NCBI GenBank assembly: GCA_963718565.1 | Contig: OY970364.1 | Span: 1,472,001 to 1,536,000, forward strand | Source: an uncultured Verrucomicrobiae bacterium | Lineage (GTDB): Bacteria; Chlamydiota; Chlamydiia; Chlamydiales; Rhabdochlamydiaceae | DNA: 64,000 nucleotides | Direction: 5' to 3' | Shown here: piece by piece, positions 48,727 through 59,188 of the stretch | Numbering within the stretch: the stretch's first letter is position 1 | Layout of the letters: each line of letters opens with the position of its first letter | Notes under the pieces: generated by a model | Told to the model about the DNA's origin: nothing | The model's database searches: none | Seen by the model: only the letters and a program-made list of their open reading frames with translations | Position numbers and translations under genes: made by a program

Positions 48727-51700
48727 TTATTTCAGCCTATCAATAACTATTGGCTTTTCTAAATAATCTAGATAAAATCTTTCATTAAAAATTAATAAAT
48801 TTAAGAAGGTGTCGTCGTTATTGTAAAAGAGATCTCCGGGATAATAATAAACACTAAAGGAAGGGGCCCACACACCCGCAAAACCTCTTCCCCTTGCTTT
48901 TATTGCTGAAGGAGACGGGGGGGATGGAGGAGATGGTGGAATTGGCGGGATAGGAGGAGAACATTGTTTGCAATTCAAAAAAGTCGAAGTGCTTGTCGTA
49001 TACCCTTGGTCAAAAATCACGCAAAAATCGTTAGCGATCGCAGTGATATCTGTAGAGACCACCGGGTCCTTAAACTCAATATTTTCATTTCCCGCATTAA
49101 AAAGAGCTAGGCCTGCAGCGCTTACAGGCCCGTTGATGACAACTCCATTCGCATAATCGACATCGAAGTAGCTTAAATTATTCAGCGCCCCTAACTGCAC
49201 TGCGCTGGATGTAGAGGCATCGATTCCGAGCAAATTTGTCCCGCTGCTTTGAATATCTCCGATAGTGATGTTTCCTCCACGCAGAATAATGCCATTGAAT
49301 CCTAAAGTCAATGGCCCTTGGATCTCAATATTGCCAGGAGAACCCGCGCCGGATGCATCAAAGTTTTGTCCAGAAAAAATTAAAGAGGGCAGCACTTCAG
49401 ATCCACCGCCTTCTCCGGCACCCCCTGTGGCAAAAATAGGGCCTCGCAATGTTGTTCCACTTGCCGATGAAACAACAACATTGCCCCCAGCGCCGCCTGT
49501 GCCTGTTGTGCCGGGAAAAGCAGGAGTTCCTCCTGCATAAACGGCGAGCAGATTAATGGACCCTCCCATGGAATTCAGAGTCACTGATCCTCCATTTAAT
49601 CCATTGGGGGCATTGGGATTGCTAGAGGTGCTTACTGAACTGGACTGCCTTCCTCCAGTAGTCGTAATCACTGATTTGAAATTGACGACATCTCCAACAC
49701 TGGGCGCAAGAACCGGACTTAATGTAGGCCCTCCTCCAGCTTGGACTAAATAATAAAAATTAATGTCACCTGCCGTAGTAATCGACACATCCCCTCCATT
49801 ACGAGGAGAAGAAGGAATCGTATCCCCTCCTAATTGAATAGGAGCGCCACTAGTAATCAGAGGCCCTTGAAAGCTCGTCGTTCCTGTGCCTGCAAGCTGG
49901 GCAAAGGATGCGACTACCATCGTATAATTAGATTGGTTCGGATTGGTTTGGCTGGACAATAAGACATTATTTGCGGTTTCAATCTGCAAATTTCCAAGAG
50001 GTGTCGTGCCAACAGAATTCCCAAAAGTAATATCTCCTCCTGCACTGAGCGTCAGATCGCGTGGAGTGGAGGGAGAATCACTATTCAAAATGCCATCAAA
50101 AGTCACATCGCCGGTCGTAGAGGAAAATGTACAAGGCCCATGGAGAGTAATCGTATTCGCGGCCGGGGAAGACGTGGATTGCACAACGATATCATTCTGA
50201 GTATAGACCCCTGCAGCAAATGAAATGTCATTATTTCCAGAGGTTATCGCTGAAAACGAACTTAGCGGCGAGGTCTGTCCTACGGCTCCACCGGTCGCTA
50301 AGCCAAAGGAGATCGCTGTTGCTGCTTGTACGGTAAGGCTAGGAGGGGTAGAAGAAGACGCGTTGATAGGATCATCAAAAGTCACATTTGCCAGTGTTGA
50401 CTGAATCGTCGTGTCTCCTGTAATCAAAGTATTCCCAGTGAATGTCAAAGTCCCTTGCGTGATAAAGGAACCGTTGAGAAAAATGGTTCCCCGATTATTA
50501 GGAGCAGACGCGCCATTGATTGTATTAAACGAGACATTAACATTAGCAGCAATAGTGACGGATGCAGGAGTTGCCCCTTGATTATCTCCTAATGCGATAT
50601 AAGTATCGTTCGTCGCACTGGCATTGGCGCCGATGATAATCGTTGTGGGGCTACTGATGCTTTCAAAACAGCTTGTCGTAACAATGTAATTGGATATCCC
50701 GTCGCAGGCCGGGATAGGATTTACGCACGCACAGCCATCATTGAGATAAGGAATCATTGAAGTGCTTGTGCAGTTCAGACTTGAAGGAGTATTCATTGTC
50801 GCCGTCGCACTAATGGTGACGCTGCATGGGTCAAGATCCCATTGCCCCCCTTGACCATGAATCGCCGACACATCGACAAGCCCCGTAATTGCCCGGAAGC
50901 GATCTCCGCTCGAAGTTTCAATATATCCCCCACTCCCGTCAATCGCTCCGCCGCGAGAAAATAGTTTGGCATCAAAAACGGTTGCCTTATCAGCCCACAG
51001 GATAATTTCTCCTCCATCTCCTCGACTGATCGCATCCGTATGGACCGAGGTGTGTTCATCGCAAACAGTATATTGAGCGGTCGGATACAGTCCCTCTCCA
51101 TGCTTTCCCCCGCCAATCCACACTGTTCCACCACCAAAAGCTCCGGAAGCTTCAATAGCAGCACCTTCCAGGGAGATGACTGCGCCTTGAACTTTAACTT
51201 CACTCTCTTGTGCAGACGCGGCGATTTGACTAGCATTCAAATGGCCACTCACGATGACCAAACTATCCTCTTCGCCATATAAGTGAATCGTCTTAGCTTT
51301 AGAAGTTCCTGTGTGATGCAACACAAAAGCGGCCGGTGCTCCGCTTTCTAAAAAGCAAGGTTTTTCCTGAACATCCTGTAAATCCTGCCTGTCGCATTTC
51401 ACAAAGAGATGGCCCTCTTCTTTTCCCATGTATACATGTTCCGCAGTCACAATGAGCACCCCTCCTTCTTCAGCCAAAAGATTTCCTTTCTGAAAGATGG
51501 ATTGACCAATAAGGGCAATTTCCTGGGCAGAAATTGTTCCATAAACCTCGATAGGGCCTTTGATGTCATTGAAGCGATCGATGCCTTGAATAAAGTCTTG
51601 ATCGCTCAAATGCGCTGCTGCCGCATAAAGAGAGGCGACATTCACAATAGAATCAGGGCCAAACAGAATTCCGGCTGGATTTAGCACATAGACAATTCCA

Positions 51701-51990
51701 TTCGAAAGTAATTTGCCGTCGATATGGCTGGGCATGTCGCTACAGACGCGATTTAAGACGCGATGTGCACTTTCCGCCATTTGAAAACGAACAGTTTCAT
51801 GGCTGTGAATGTCAAAATTGTCATAATTGAGTACCGTTCGATCGGAAGCTTCCACAATCAGTTCATTGCCTTGGGCAACAATGGTTGCCTTTCCATGGGC
51901 GACATCTGAGATAGAAGGAAGAGCTTCTAACAAAAGATTTCCTGAAAGGAATAGCAGAAGAATTTGGTATAAATATAATCGTCTCATCAA
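48727..51990 (-). CDS. Filamentous haemagglutinin N-terminal (TPS) domain protein, TpsA-like
   Basis: Signal peptide; VLNRV..SHIDGKLLSNG.VYVLNPAGILFG; GG.IETS; Gly/Ser/Thr beta-helix; Pro-rich tail. Confidence 0.85.
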   Translation of the reverse strand: MMRRLYLYQILLLFLSGNLLLEALPSISDVAHGKATIVAQGNELIVEASDRTVLNYDNFDIHSHETVRFQMAESAHRVLNRVCSDMPSHIDGKLLSNGIVYVLNPAGILFGPDSIVNVASLYAAAAHLSDQDFIQGIDRFNDIKGPIEVYGTISAQEIALIGQSIFQKGNLLAEEGGVLIVTAEHVYMGKEEGHLFVKCDRQDLQDVQEKPCFLESGAPAAFVLHHTGTSKAKTIHLYGEEDSLVIVSGHLNASQIAASAQESEVKVQGAVISLEGAAIEASGAFGGGTVWIGGGKHGEGLYPTAQYTVCDEHTSVHTDAISRGDGGEIILWADKATVFDAKLFSRGGAIDGSGGYIETSSGDRFRAITGLVDVSAIHGQGGQWDLDPCSVTISATATMNTPSSLNCTSTSMIPYLNDGCACVNPIPACDGISNYIVTTSCFESISSPTTIIIGANASATNDTYIALGDNQGATPASVTIAANVNVSFNTINGASAPNNRGTIFLNGSFITQGTLTFTGNTLITGDTTIQSTLANVTFDDPINASSSTPPSLTVQAATAISFGLATGGAVGQTSPLSSFSAITSGNNDISFAAGVYTQNDIVVQSTSSPAANTITLHGPCTFSSTTGDVTFDGILNSDSPSTPRDLTLSAGGDITFGNSVGTTPLGNLQIETANNVLLSSQTNPNQSNYTMVVASFAQLAGTGTTSFQGPLITSGAPIQLGGDTIPSSPRNGGDVSITTAGDINFYYLVQAGGGPTLSPVLAPSVGDVVNFKSVITTTGGRQSSSVSTSSNPNAPNGLNGGSVTLNSMGGSINLLAVYAGGTPAFPGTTGTGGAGGNVVVSSASGTTLRGPIFATGGAGEGGGSEVLPSLIFSGQNFDASGAGSPGNIEIQGPLTLGFNGIILRGGNITIGDIQSSGTNLLGIDASTSSAVQLGALNNLSYFDVDYANGVVINGPVSAAGLALFNAGNENIEFKDPVVSTDITAIANDFCVIFDQGYTTSTSTFLNCKQCSPPIPPIPPSPPSPPSPSAIKARGRGFAGVWAPSFSVYYYPGDLFYNNDDTFLNLLIFNERFYLDYLEKPIVIDRLK

Positions 51991-52095
51991 TCTATGTGAT
52001 ATTTAAATTTGAAACGAATTGCAAACATTTTTTCCATTTTCAATTCCTAAGGCTCCATGATAAAATGCTTTAACCATCTAGAATTAGGTTCCACT

Positions 52096-52848
52096 TTGTA
52101 TTTTTTAAGAGGGAATTGCAAAACTCCTCGCCAGCAGAAAATCGATGATTTTGGCACCTGTTGCCAGAACCCGCACAGCGGGTTCGCCAAGGCGACAGGT
52201 GCCAAAAGCGCGATTTTATGCGGCGAGGAGTTTTGCAATTCCCTCTTAATTTTAGACACAAGCACAGATCAGTGCTTGATCGCACTGGCAAGGGAAAATC
52301 AGATCATCGCTGAAGAAATTTTTGCCCATGGCAATCTTCTTTCTCATCGGCTTCTTCCAAGCATCCACGCTCTTATCGAGGCACATATCCAATCCCCTAA
52401 GAATCTTAAAGGAATTGCATTCGGAATTGGCCCTGGCTCATACACAGGAACACGGGTCGGCGTTGCCGTCGCTGAAAGCCTTGCGTTCGGGCTGCAGATC
52501 CCCGTTAAAACATTTCCTTCACCACTTGCCTTTCTGCCTAACAAAGAAGGGTCCTTTGCTTTTCTCATTCCCACCAGATCAGGTCATTTCTATGTCCTTT
52601 CGGGATCTATTTCTTCCTCGCAGATCCTTCCAAAAGAAGCATCCGTTGTGAATAGGGAAGAGCTCGAAAAATTCGAGGCTGCAGACTTTTTAATCTGCTC
52701 GTCAGACCAAGACCTTCCTCCTGCATTTAGAAAAAAACTGCTTTTTCTTCCCTCTCCTAATCTCCTATTGTTGGGCCATTTTCTTTCTGAACAAGGACCT
52801 GTTTCTTTAGAAAATGTTGAAGTTCTCTATACCAACAACTTGAAATAA
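52096..52848 (+). CDS. tsaB: tRNA threonylcarbamoyladenosine biosynthesis protein TsaB with a 47-aa in-frame palindromic insertion
   Basis: [19 protein letters not shown]; lies before rpsU-dnaJ; inferred TTG start (ATG at 52057 also in frame). Confidence 0.85.
   Translation: MYFLRGNCKTPRQQKIDDFGTCCQNPHSGFAKATGAKSAILCGEEFCNSLLILDTSTDQCLIALARENQIIAEEIFAHGNLLSHRLLPSIHALIEAHIQSPKNLKGIAFGIGPGSYTGTRVGVAVAESLAFGLQIPVKTFPSPLAFLPNKEGSFAFLIPTRSGHFYVLSGSISSSQILPKEASVVNREELEKFEAADFLICSSDQDLPPAFRKKLLFLPSPNLLLLGHFLSEQGPVSLENVEVLYTNNLK
52109..52245. mobile_element. Palindromic element family C inside tsaB
   Basis: TTAA-GAGGGAATTGCAAAACTCCTCGCC..GGCGAGGAGTTTTGCAATTCCCTC-TTAA; net +141 bp. Confidence 0.92.
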
Positions 52849-52933
52849 TATCTCCTTATCCCATAAGATTAGTCATGCGAAACAAAAGAATGGTTTTTTT
52901 GTTTTTAAACAAAATTTAACAACTCAGGATCAG

Positions 52934-53137
52934 ATGTCCATGCCAAGTGTTAAAGTTCGAGTAGGAGAACCTATCGATAAAGCATTGAGAGCTTTAAAGA
53001 AAAAACTTGATAAAGAAGGAATCATGAAGTCGGCCAAGGCTCATCGTTTTTATGATAAGCCTTCTGTAAAAAGCCGTGCCAAGTCCAAAGCTGCCCAAAA
53101 ATATAAGAAGACCAGACCTAGAAGCTATACGATGTAA
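52934..53137 (+). CDS. rpsU: 30S ribosomal protein S21
   Basis: [28 protein letters not shown]. Confidence 0.95.
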   Translation: MSMPSVKVRVGEPIDKALRALKKKLDKEGIMKSAKAHRFYDKPSVKSRAKSKAAQKYKKTRPRSYTM

Positions 53138-53257
53138 TTCTTTAAATTTAGCAGTCAACGTCGCTATTTGCTAAATTTCTTGTCGGATAAACAAGTCTTT
53201 GCTATACTCAAGAGCTAGAGAGCAACAATCATTCTTTAAATATAGAACTACATTGCC

Positions 53258-54409
53258 ATGAGTGATTACTACGAGATTTTAGGGTTATCGCGCAGCGCTA
53301 CTCAAGAAGAGATTAAAAAGGCTTATCGTAAAAGCGCGCTCAAATACCACCCAGATCGCAATCCTGGTGATGCGGCGGCGGAGAAAAAATTCAAAGAGAT
53401 CTCTGAAGCCTACGAAGCGCTTAGTGATGAAAGAAAACGCCAAGTTTACGATCAGTACGGAGCCGATGCCCTTAGAGGAGCAGGAATGGGCGGTCCAGGA
53501 GGAGGTCACACCGGTTTTTCTTCTATGGAAGAAGCTTTGCGCACCTTTATGGGTGCCTTCGGCGGCGGTGGCGGAGAGTCCATTTTTGATTCCTTCTTCG
53601 GCTTCGAAGCGGAAGGCAGTGAGGGTGAGCGTCAAGGCGCCAGTAAAAAAATGAACCTTTCCATTTCTTTTGAAGAAGCGATGAAGGGTGCCGAAAAAGA
53701 AGCCGCTTTAAACAATTACGCCATCTGCTCTCAGTGCGAAGGTTCAGGCGCAGCATCATCCAGCAGTGTCAAAAAATGCTCTCGTTGTAGAGGATCTGGT
53801 CAGGTTCATCAAACGCGCGGTTTTTTCAGTATGACAGGCGTGTGTCCCCAATGTCATGGGAAAGGCAAAACGATCACAGATCCCTGCTCTACGTGCCATG
53901 GCGATGGCCGTGTTAAAAAGAAACAGCATATCAAAATCAAAGTTCCTGCCGGCGTCGACACAGGCATGCGCCTTCGCATGTCAGGATACGGGGATGCTGG
54001 TGAAGGCGGAGGGCCTCTAGGTGACCTGTATGTTTTTATTTCTGTTGAGCCTCATTCTGTGTTTCAAAGAGAAGGCGATGATATCCTTGTTGAGCTCCCT
54101 TTAAGCTTTTCTGAAGCAGCTTTAGGGTGCAAAAAAGAGCTGCCGACACCGCACGGCAGTTCTTGTCGCATCTCCATTCCAGAAGGAACCCAAAGTGGAA
54201 AGGTTTTGAGCGTGAAAGGCGAAGGCGCCCCTAATGTCCACGGACATGGACGTGGCAACATGCTCGTCAAAATGAGCATCGAAACTCCTATCAATCTCAA
54301 TGACGACCAGAAAGAGCTTTTGCGTCAATTTGGAGAACTGGAAAAAGAACAAAACTCTCCTCGCAAGCGCAGCTTCTTCGACAAGCTCAAGGTTTTTTTT
54401 TCAGATTAA
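53258..54409 (+). CDS. dnaJ: Chaperone DnaJ
   Basis: HPD J-domain, G/F region, four CxxCxGxG. Confidence 0.97.
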   Translation: MSDYYEILGLSRSATQEEIKKAYRKSALKYHPDRNPGDAAAEKKFKEISEAYEALSDERKRQVYDQYGADALRGAGMGGPGGGHTGFSSMEEALRTFMGAFGGGGGESIFDSFFGFEAEGSEGERQGASKKMNLSISFEEAMKGAEKEAALNNYAICSQCEGSGAASSSSVKKCSRCRGSGQVHQTRGFFSMTGVCPQCHGKGKTITDPCSTCHGDGRVKKKQHIKIKVPAGVDTGMRLRMSGYGDAGEGGGPLGDLYVFISVEPHSVFQREGDDILVELPLSFSEAALGCKKELPTPHGSSCRISIPEGTQSGKVLSVKGEGAPNVHGHGRGNMLVKMSIETPINLNDDQKELLRQFGELEKEQNSPRKRSFFDKLKVFFSD

Positions 54410-54418
54410 CTCGACTCT

Positions 54419-54519
54419 GCAGCTTTAAGCTGCTGTGAACCCAGGCTTTAAGCTTAAGCCGAGCTTCGCACTCGGCTTAAGCATTGTTTTTGAAAATACC
54501 CAGCCCTTAAGGGCCGGGT
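54419..54519. repeat. Cluster of short palindromes (REP/IS200-IS605 end-like)
   Basis: GCAGCTTTAAGCTGC; GCTTAAGCCGAG-N7-CTCGGCTTAAGC; ACCCAGCCCTTAAGGGCCGGGT. Confidence 0.5.
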
Positions 54520-54535
54520 TTCTGCTGGAGGACGG

Positions 54536-55381
54536 ATGAACCCCTCTAAAAAGATTATCCCTTTTCATCCACGAGCATTTCCGCCTCGACGTTTGAATAA
54601 GAAAAAATTTTCAAAGCAACTGGAAACAGCGAATCATCTGTTGAAAGAATACAGCACTTTCCTCACCTCTTCTCGTTGGCCAGAGCGCCTTTATTCTCAA
54701 CTCTTCAATCTCGAAGCCATCGCATCCATAGAATCGCAAACGGTGAAGACGGCTCTGCGAAGAAAAGATCTTAACAAAAACTCAAAGCTTCACCTGGTCT
54801 CAAATTATAGAGACGCTTTGTTATGGGCGTGTAAACAGGATCAAAACTCCTCGTTGACAAAAGATCTGATCTGCGCCATCCACAAAAAGGCCAAAAGAGG
54901 GACAACTCCCAGGGCGGATCTCGGAGTCTATAGAAATCGTCAAAATTGGATCGGCCCCAAAGGATGTACAATTGAAGAAGCTTATTTTTATCCTCCTGCT
55001 GAAACTCAAGTAGAAAGCTTAATGGAGAAACTTCTTGAGTTTGCAAAAAAAAACAAAAAAGAACCTCTTCTTCAGCTCGCTCTCCTATTTGCTCAATTTC
55101 TGATTATCCACCCTTTTATGGACGGAAATGGGCGGGTGGCGAGAATCTTAATTCCTCTTTTTCTTTACCAAAAAAAAGCGACTCCGCTGCCTTTTTTATT
55201 GATGAGTGACTATTTTCTGCAGCATCGATTGCAATATTTCTCTCATCTTTTTAAAATAACAGAAGAAAGTAAATGGGAAGCTTGGATTGCTTTTTTCTTG
55301 AAAGGGACAATCATCGAAATGAGAAGAGCTTTTCGCGTCTTTAAACAGATAAATTCTTTATCTGTTACAAACTTTAAATAA
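54536..55381 (+). CDS. Fic family protein
   Basis: YRNRQNWIG; HPFMDGNGRVAR. Confidence 0.9.
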   Translation: MNPSKKIIPFHPRAFPPRRLNKKKFSKQLETANHLLKEYSTFLTSSRWPERLYSQLFNLEAIASIESQTVKTALRRKDLNKNSKLHLVSNYRDALLWACKQDQNSSLTKDLICAIHKKAKRGTTPRADLGVYRNRQNWIGPKGCTIEEAYFYPPAETQVESLMEKLLEFAKKNKKEPLLQLALLFAQFLIIHPFMDGNGRVARILIPLFLYQKKATPLPFLLMSDYFLQHRLQYFSHLFKITEESKWEAWIAFFLKGTIIEMRRAFRVFKQINSLSVTNFK

Positions 55382-55444
55382 TAAAGCCCCGAGATAATCT
55401 CTCTCGAGGCTGATTAAAGGCCGCAAAAACTCTTATTTTAAAGC

Positions 55445-55627
55445 TTAGCAAGTCGAACAGCTCGCAGATTCGCCACCTGTCATACTTTTTCTCATCATTG
55501 CAGCAGAAGGTTTTTTCTTTGCTCTTCTTTTTGGAGCAGCTTTGCGCTTAGTTGCTTTTTTCTTAGTAGAGCGTTTTACTGTTCTTTTTGTTTTCTTTGA
55601 CTTTTTTGCTTTCTTTTTCTTCGCCAT
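55445..55627 (-). CDS. Small Lys/Arg-rich histone H1-like protein
   Basis: MAKKKKAKKSKKTKR.. with GAGG RBS; ends SCSTC. Confidence 0.55.
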   Translation of the reverse strand: MAKKKKAKKSKKTKRTVKRSTKKKATKRKAAPKRRAKKKPSAAMMRKSMTGGESASCSTC

Positions 55628-55826
55628 GATTTTTTTTCCTCTAGATTGTGTTATCCATGCAGCAATCGCTTCAAGCAGATTGCTAAAAACATTTGATGGG
55701 ATTGGACTTTCCGCCCTCAGAAAGTCAGCGCCCTTATCAACTTTTTCAAGCTCACATTCTCAGGATTAAATTTTTTATTCAACACTAAATGAAAAAAAAT
55801 TTTAAGAAATGAAAAACAGACAGCTT

Positions 55827-57212
55827 CTAAGACTTTGCTGCAACCTTTTTATAAAGATAAAATAATAATACTGGAGTAATGCTCACTACATTTCCCACGC
55901 AAATCATAAGAATATAGCGGAAATGCGATCCGACATTCACATTATCAGGTGGGAAAAAGCTCACGATGATCGTACATAAGCAGCCAAATAGCCCCAATAG
56001 GCATGTCGTCCACATGCCAAGAGTACCACCAGGAATCTTAAAAGCTTTAGGACGATTGACATACTTGTAATGCAGACGACAAGCTGAAAAGAATACCAGA
56101 ATATACATGATCATATACAGTTCTGTGCTCAGCGCCGTTAAAAACCAATAAAAAGCATTGACACTTGGAACGAGAAGAAAGATCAAACATAACAAACTCA
56201 CAAGGGCTGCTTGGCAAAGCAAAACATTTTGGGCAACGCCATGCTTATTCTTACGCATGAACATGCGAGGCAAATATCCATATTCGGCAGCATGCATGAG
56301 GCCTTTTGCAGGTGAGATTAGCCAATTCGTGATCCCTCCAATCGAACCCACAACGATCAAAATGGCAAGAATCGGAGTGAGCGCTTTCATGCCAAAAGCA
56401 GCAAACATATTACTAAATACTTGAATCACCCCTGCCACAAGGTTAATCTCTTTCTCTGGGAGAACAAAAGCAATGGATAGCGATCCGAGAACCATCGACA
56501 CCAAAATAAATGCGCTCGAGCATAAGATTGCCTTTGGAAAATTACGCTGAGGTTCATGAATGTCATTGACATGGACCCCAGAGAGTTCGATGCCAAGAAA
56601 AGATGCCATGATGGCAATCAAGGCTACCCAGTGAGTGGCTTGTCCCAAAGAAGGAAACAATTGGCCAGGTTGAAGGCTGATCTGCAGCGGATGGTCACTA
56701 AACGCCCACACTCCACCTAAGATGATCAGAAAAAGCATGGGAAAAATTGTGCCAATGAGTGCGCAAAAATTATTGATTTTTGCAGACAGATGAATTCCGC
56801 GCAGATTCACTAGAGTAACTCCCCAAAACACAATGAGAATACAGAGGATCAGGTACCCTTTGTTCTGTGCAAGGTCGGGATCGATCAAATAAGCCGCAGT
56901 ACCTGCGATGAAGGAGAGAATCGTCGGGTACCAGACCATCGTGTTGATCCACTGCAGCCAAATCGCAACCATGGCCCATTTTTCCCCGAAGGCCGTCTTT
57001 ACCCAATGATAGACCCCCCCCTTTTCGGGAAACGTGGCTGAAAGCTCAGCTGCGACCAAAGAAGTGGGAATTAAAAACACAATGCTTGAGAAAATAAAGA
57101 AAAAAATCAGTGAGCTTCCAAAAAGTGCAGAAGCAGGTAGATTGCGAATGCTATCGATTGCTGCGACGATGAGGAGAACTAAGGAGAAAAGAGAAATTTT
57201 TTTATGTGCCAT
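55827..57212 (-). CDS. APC-family amino acid permease (GadC/XasA-like)
   Basis: DSIRNLP, VAAELSATFPEKGGVYHWV, multiple TM helices. Confidence 0.92.
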   Translation of the reverse strand: MAHKKISLFSLVLLIVAAIDSIRNLPASALFGSSLIFFFIFSSIVFLIPTSLVAAELSATFPEKGGVYHWVKTAFGEKWAMVAIWLQWINTMVWYPTILSFIAGTAAYLIDPDLAQNKGYLILCILIVFWGVTLVNLRGIHLSAKINNFCALIGTIFPMLFLIILGGVWAFSDHPLQISLQPGQLFPSLGQATHWVALIAIMASFLGIELSGVHVNDIHEPQRNFPKAILCSSAFILVSMVLGSLSIAFVLPEKEINLVAGVIQVFSNMFAAFGMKALTPILAILIVVGSIGGITNWLISPAKGLMHAAEYGYLPRMFMRKNKHGVAQNVLLCQAALVSLLCLIFLLVPSVNAFYWFLTALSTELYMIMYILVFFSACRLHYKYVNRPKAFKIPGGTLGMWTTCLLGLFGCLCTIIVSFFPPDNVNVGSHFRYILMICVGNVVSITPVLLFYLYKKVAAKS

Positions 57213-57331
57213 AGATGGTGTATCGTTTAGAAAAATTGAAAAATCGCTAGTTTTTTAGAAAACAGCAATTTTCCATCCACCTGGAAATGAAATCAATCAA
57301 AACATAGACTCTTTTTCAAGTTATACCCTTC

Positions 57332-57541
57332 GTGGATGAAAAAGATGCTGCAATGCGTCTTGATCTACTTGTGGGAGGCAGAGTGATTATTGAAGTGAAG
57401 GCCACAGAGCAAGAACATGCCGTTCGCAAGGCGCAGGTTTTGACCTATTTGCGTTTGACAGGACTCAAGTCAGGATTGTTACTCAATTTTGGGCGGCAAC
57501 TGCTTCGCGATGGTATAGAAAGGGTTGTTAACGATTTATAA
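57332..57541 (+). pseudogene. C-terminal half of a GxxExxY (PD-(D/E)xK-like) protein
   Basis: RLDLLVGGRVIIEVKA..AQVLTYLRLTGLKSGLLLNFG; N-terminal GxxExxY motif absent. Confidence 0.8.
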
Positions 57542-57755
57542 CCTCCGCGGCTCTGCGTCTTTGCGTTGATCCCCTGCCGACTGTGTTCGTACAGGCGTTA
57601 CAGGGGGCTAAAAAAACCAATTTTTGAAGTTTCTTCAGTATACAAGTCTTTGGGCACAGGGGGTGTAGTAAATAATTTTTGATTTTTTTCTTCAATTCAT
57701 TTAATTCATAATTAGAAAGCAAAAATGCTTTCCTTATAATTTAGGAGCAATCTTT

Positions 57756-57860
57756 ATGAGCCAACAACCAAGACAACCTCAACAACCAAAAAAACCCGAG
57801 CAACCCTCTCCAGGTAAGCAGCAGCCTCAGTATCCACCAAAACAGCAACCAAAACGATAG
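57756..57860 (+). CDS. Putative 34-aa Gln/Pro-rich peptide (not in ORF track)
   Basis: TATAAT at 57735, AGGAG RBS; MSQQPRQPQQPKKPEQPSPGKQQPQYPPKQQPKR. Confidence 0.55.
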   Translation: MSQQPRQPQQPKKPEQPSPGKQQPQYPPKQQPKR

Positions 57861-58093
57861 ATTTTTTCTTCAACTCCCGCTCTTCAAAGCTTGATCAAAC
57901 CTGATCATATATAACCAAATTATCAACTTTTGATCGAGGGCTATCATGCCCTCGGTTTAATTTCCTGGTGCTGCAAATTGCTTTGCTGTCTTGCCCCCAC
58001 GGTGTCACATGTACACCATTAGGCAAAACACACCAGGCCCATCGCTTTTGGATAAAAGCGAGGTCTGAGCCAGACACTATTGCCAGATTCTCT

Positions 58094-58714
58094 TTAGACA
58101 TTGGCGACCGCATTTTGAAGGTTGGCCAAAAGCTGTTTGTTCTTATGGCTTCTTGAACCATATAGCCTTGCAGAAAAGACGGTAATGATTTCCAAAACGT
58201 CTTTGGCAAGTTCCTCCTCGAAGGAAGGTTCGTCTCCCTGGTTGATAATCACCACTTCGACATTTTTGACTGCGCAAAGAGAGAAGACAAGCTCTGCTCC
58301 GAATCGCAAAAGGCGGTCTTTATGCGTGAGAACCAGGCGGCCAATCTCTCCGTTCATAATTTGCTCAAGCAGTTGTTTTAGCCCACGTTTATTATAGTTC
58401 ATCCCGGAACCGAGGTCTTTGGTTACCGAAAACACCCATCCTTTTGCAGAACAGTAAATTTCTAACATATGGACTTGTCGTTGTAAATCTTCTTTTTGAT
58501 CATGACTCGAAACTCTTGCGTAGGCAACAGTTAGACGATCAGAGGTTTTATCTCCGCAATTAAATGGCTGTAACTGAGTGAGACTATAGCGGCGTTGGCC
58601 GCCCTGTGTGCGATGACAGGGAACGATTTTCTTTTGTCTTTCCCATCGGCGGAGTGTTTGTGGAGAAACTCCCAAACATTTTGCTGCTTCCTGAATGCTT
58701 AAAAACTTGTTCAT
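58094..58714 (-). CDS. tnpA: IS607-family transposase TnpA (MerR-HTH serine recombinase); tnpB missing
   Basis: GVSPQTLRRWE, YARVSS, DLGSGMN, DRLLRFG, FSARLYG. Confidence 0.93.
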   Translation of the reverse strand: MNKFLSIQEAAKCLGVSPQTLRRWERQKKIVPCHRTQGGQRRYSLTQLQPFNCGDKTSDRLTVAYARVSSHDQKEDLQRQVHMLEIYCSAKGWVFSVTKDLGSGMNYNKRGLKQLLEQIMNGEIGRLVLTHKDRLLRFGAELVFSLCAVKNVEVVIINQGDEPSFEEELAKDVLEIITVFSARLYGSRSHKNKQLLANLQNAVANV

Positions 58715-58767
58715 TCTGATAATATATAATCAGGTTTGAATAAGTTCAATGGATTCTGTTACAAGCC

Positions 58768-59080
58768 CTAGAAAAATCAATTCGTGCATCTTCAGAAAAA
58801 ATTTGATCTAAGCTGTCTATACCGAAATGAACTCAAGATTTGGGAATTTGGCAAGGAGGCGCCCTGAATTTGAGCCAGCGTATGCGACGCCGAAGCAGCA
58901 CAACTTGAATAAGTTGTGCGATGCAGGTGGGCTCAAATACAGTGGCTGCCCGACGTAGCCAAAAACCAAATCTTGAGTTCATTTCGGTATATATCTTTTT
59001 TATCAATCGCGGCCGCATATTTAGTCAGAAGATCCATAATTTCAAGGCGATCAGAAACTTCTTGTAAGGTCATTACCATG
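58768..59080 (-). pseudogene. SnoaL/NTF2-like gene disrupted by MITE A and truncated by IS607
   Basis: MTLQEVSDRLEIMDLLTKYAAAIDKKDI|DSLDQIFSEDARIDFSR reads through after removing the MITE plus one TA. Confidence 0.7.
58820..58989. mobile_element. 170-bp palindromic MITE family A
   Basis: Perfect 24-bp TIR TACCGAAATGAACTCAAGATTTGG; TA duplication. Confidence 0.88.
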
Positions 59081-59188
59081 GCTCTTGCACCTTTCCTATC
59101 TGAACAAGATGAGCTAAACATTAAGGTATACTGTACTACCGTATTGAATGAAGTTGCAACAAGAGTTTTGATAGGTCTGGGCGCAGTA

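Noticed and set aside
57895..58209. ORF after IS607 tnpA as TnpB
   Set aside because: No TnpB HTH, RuvC or zinc-finger motifs seen
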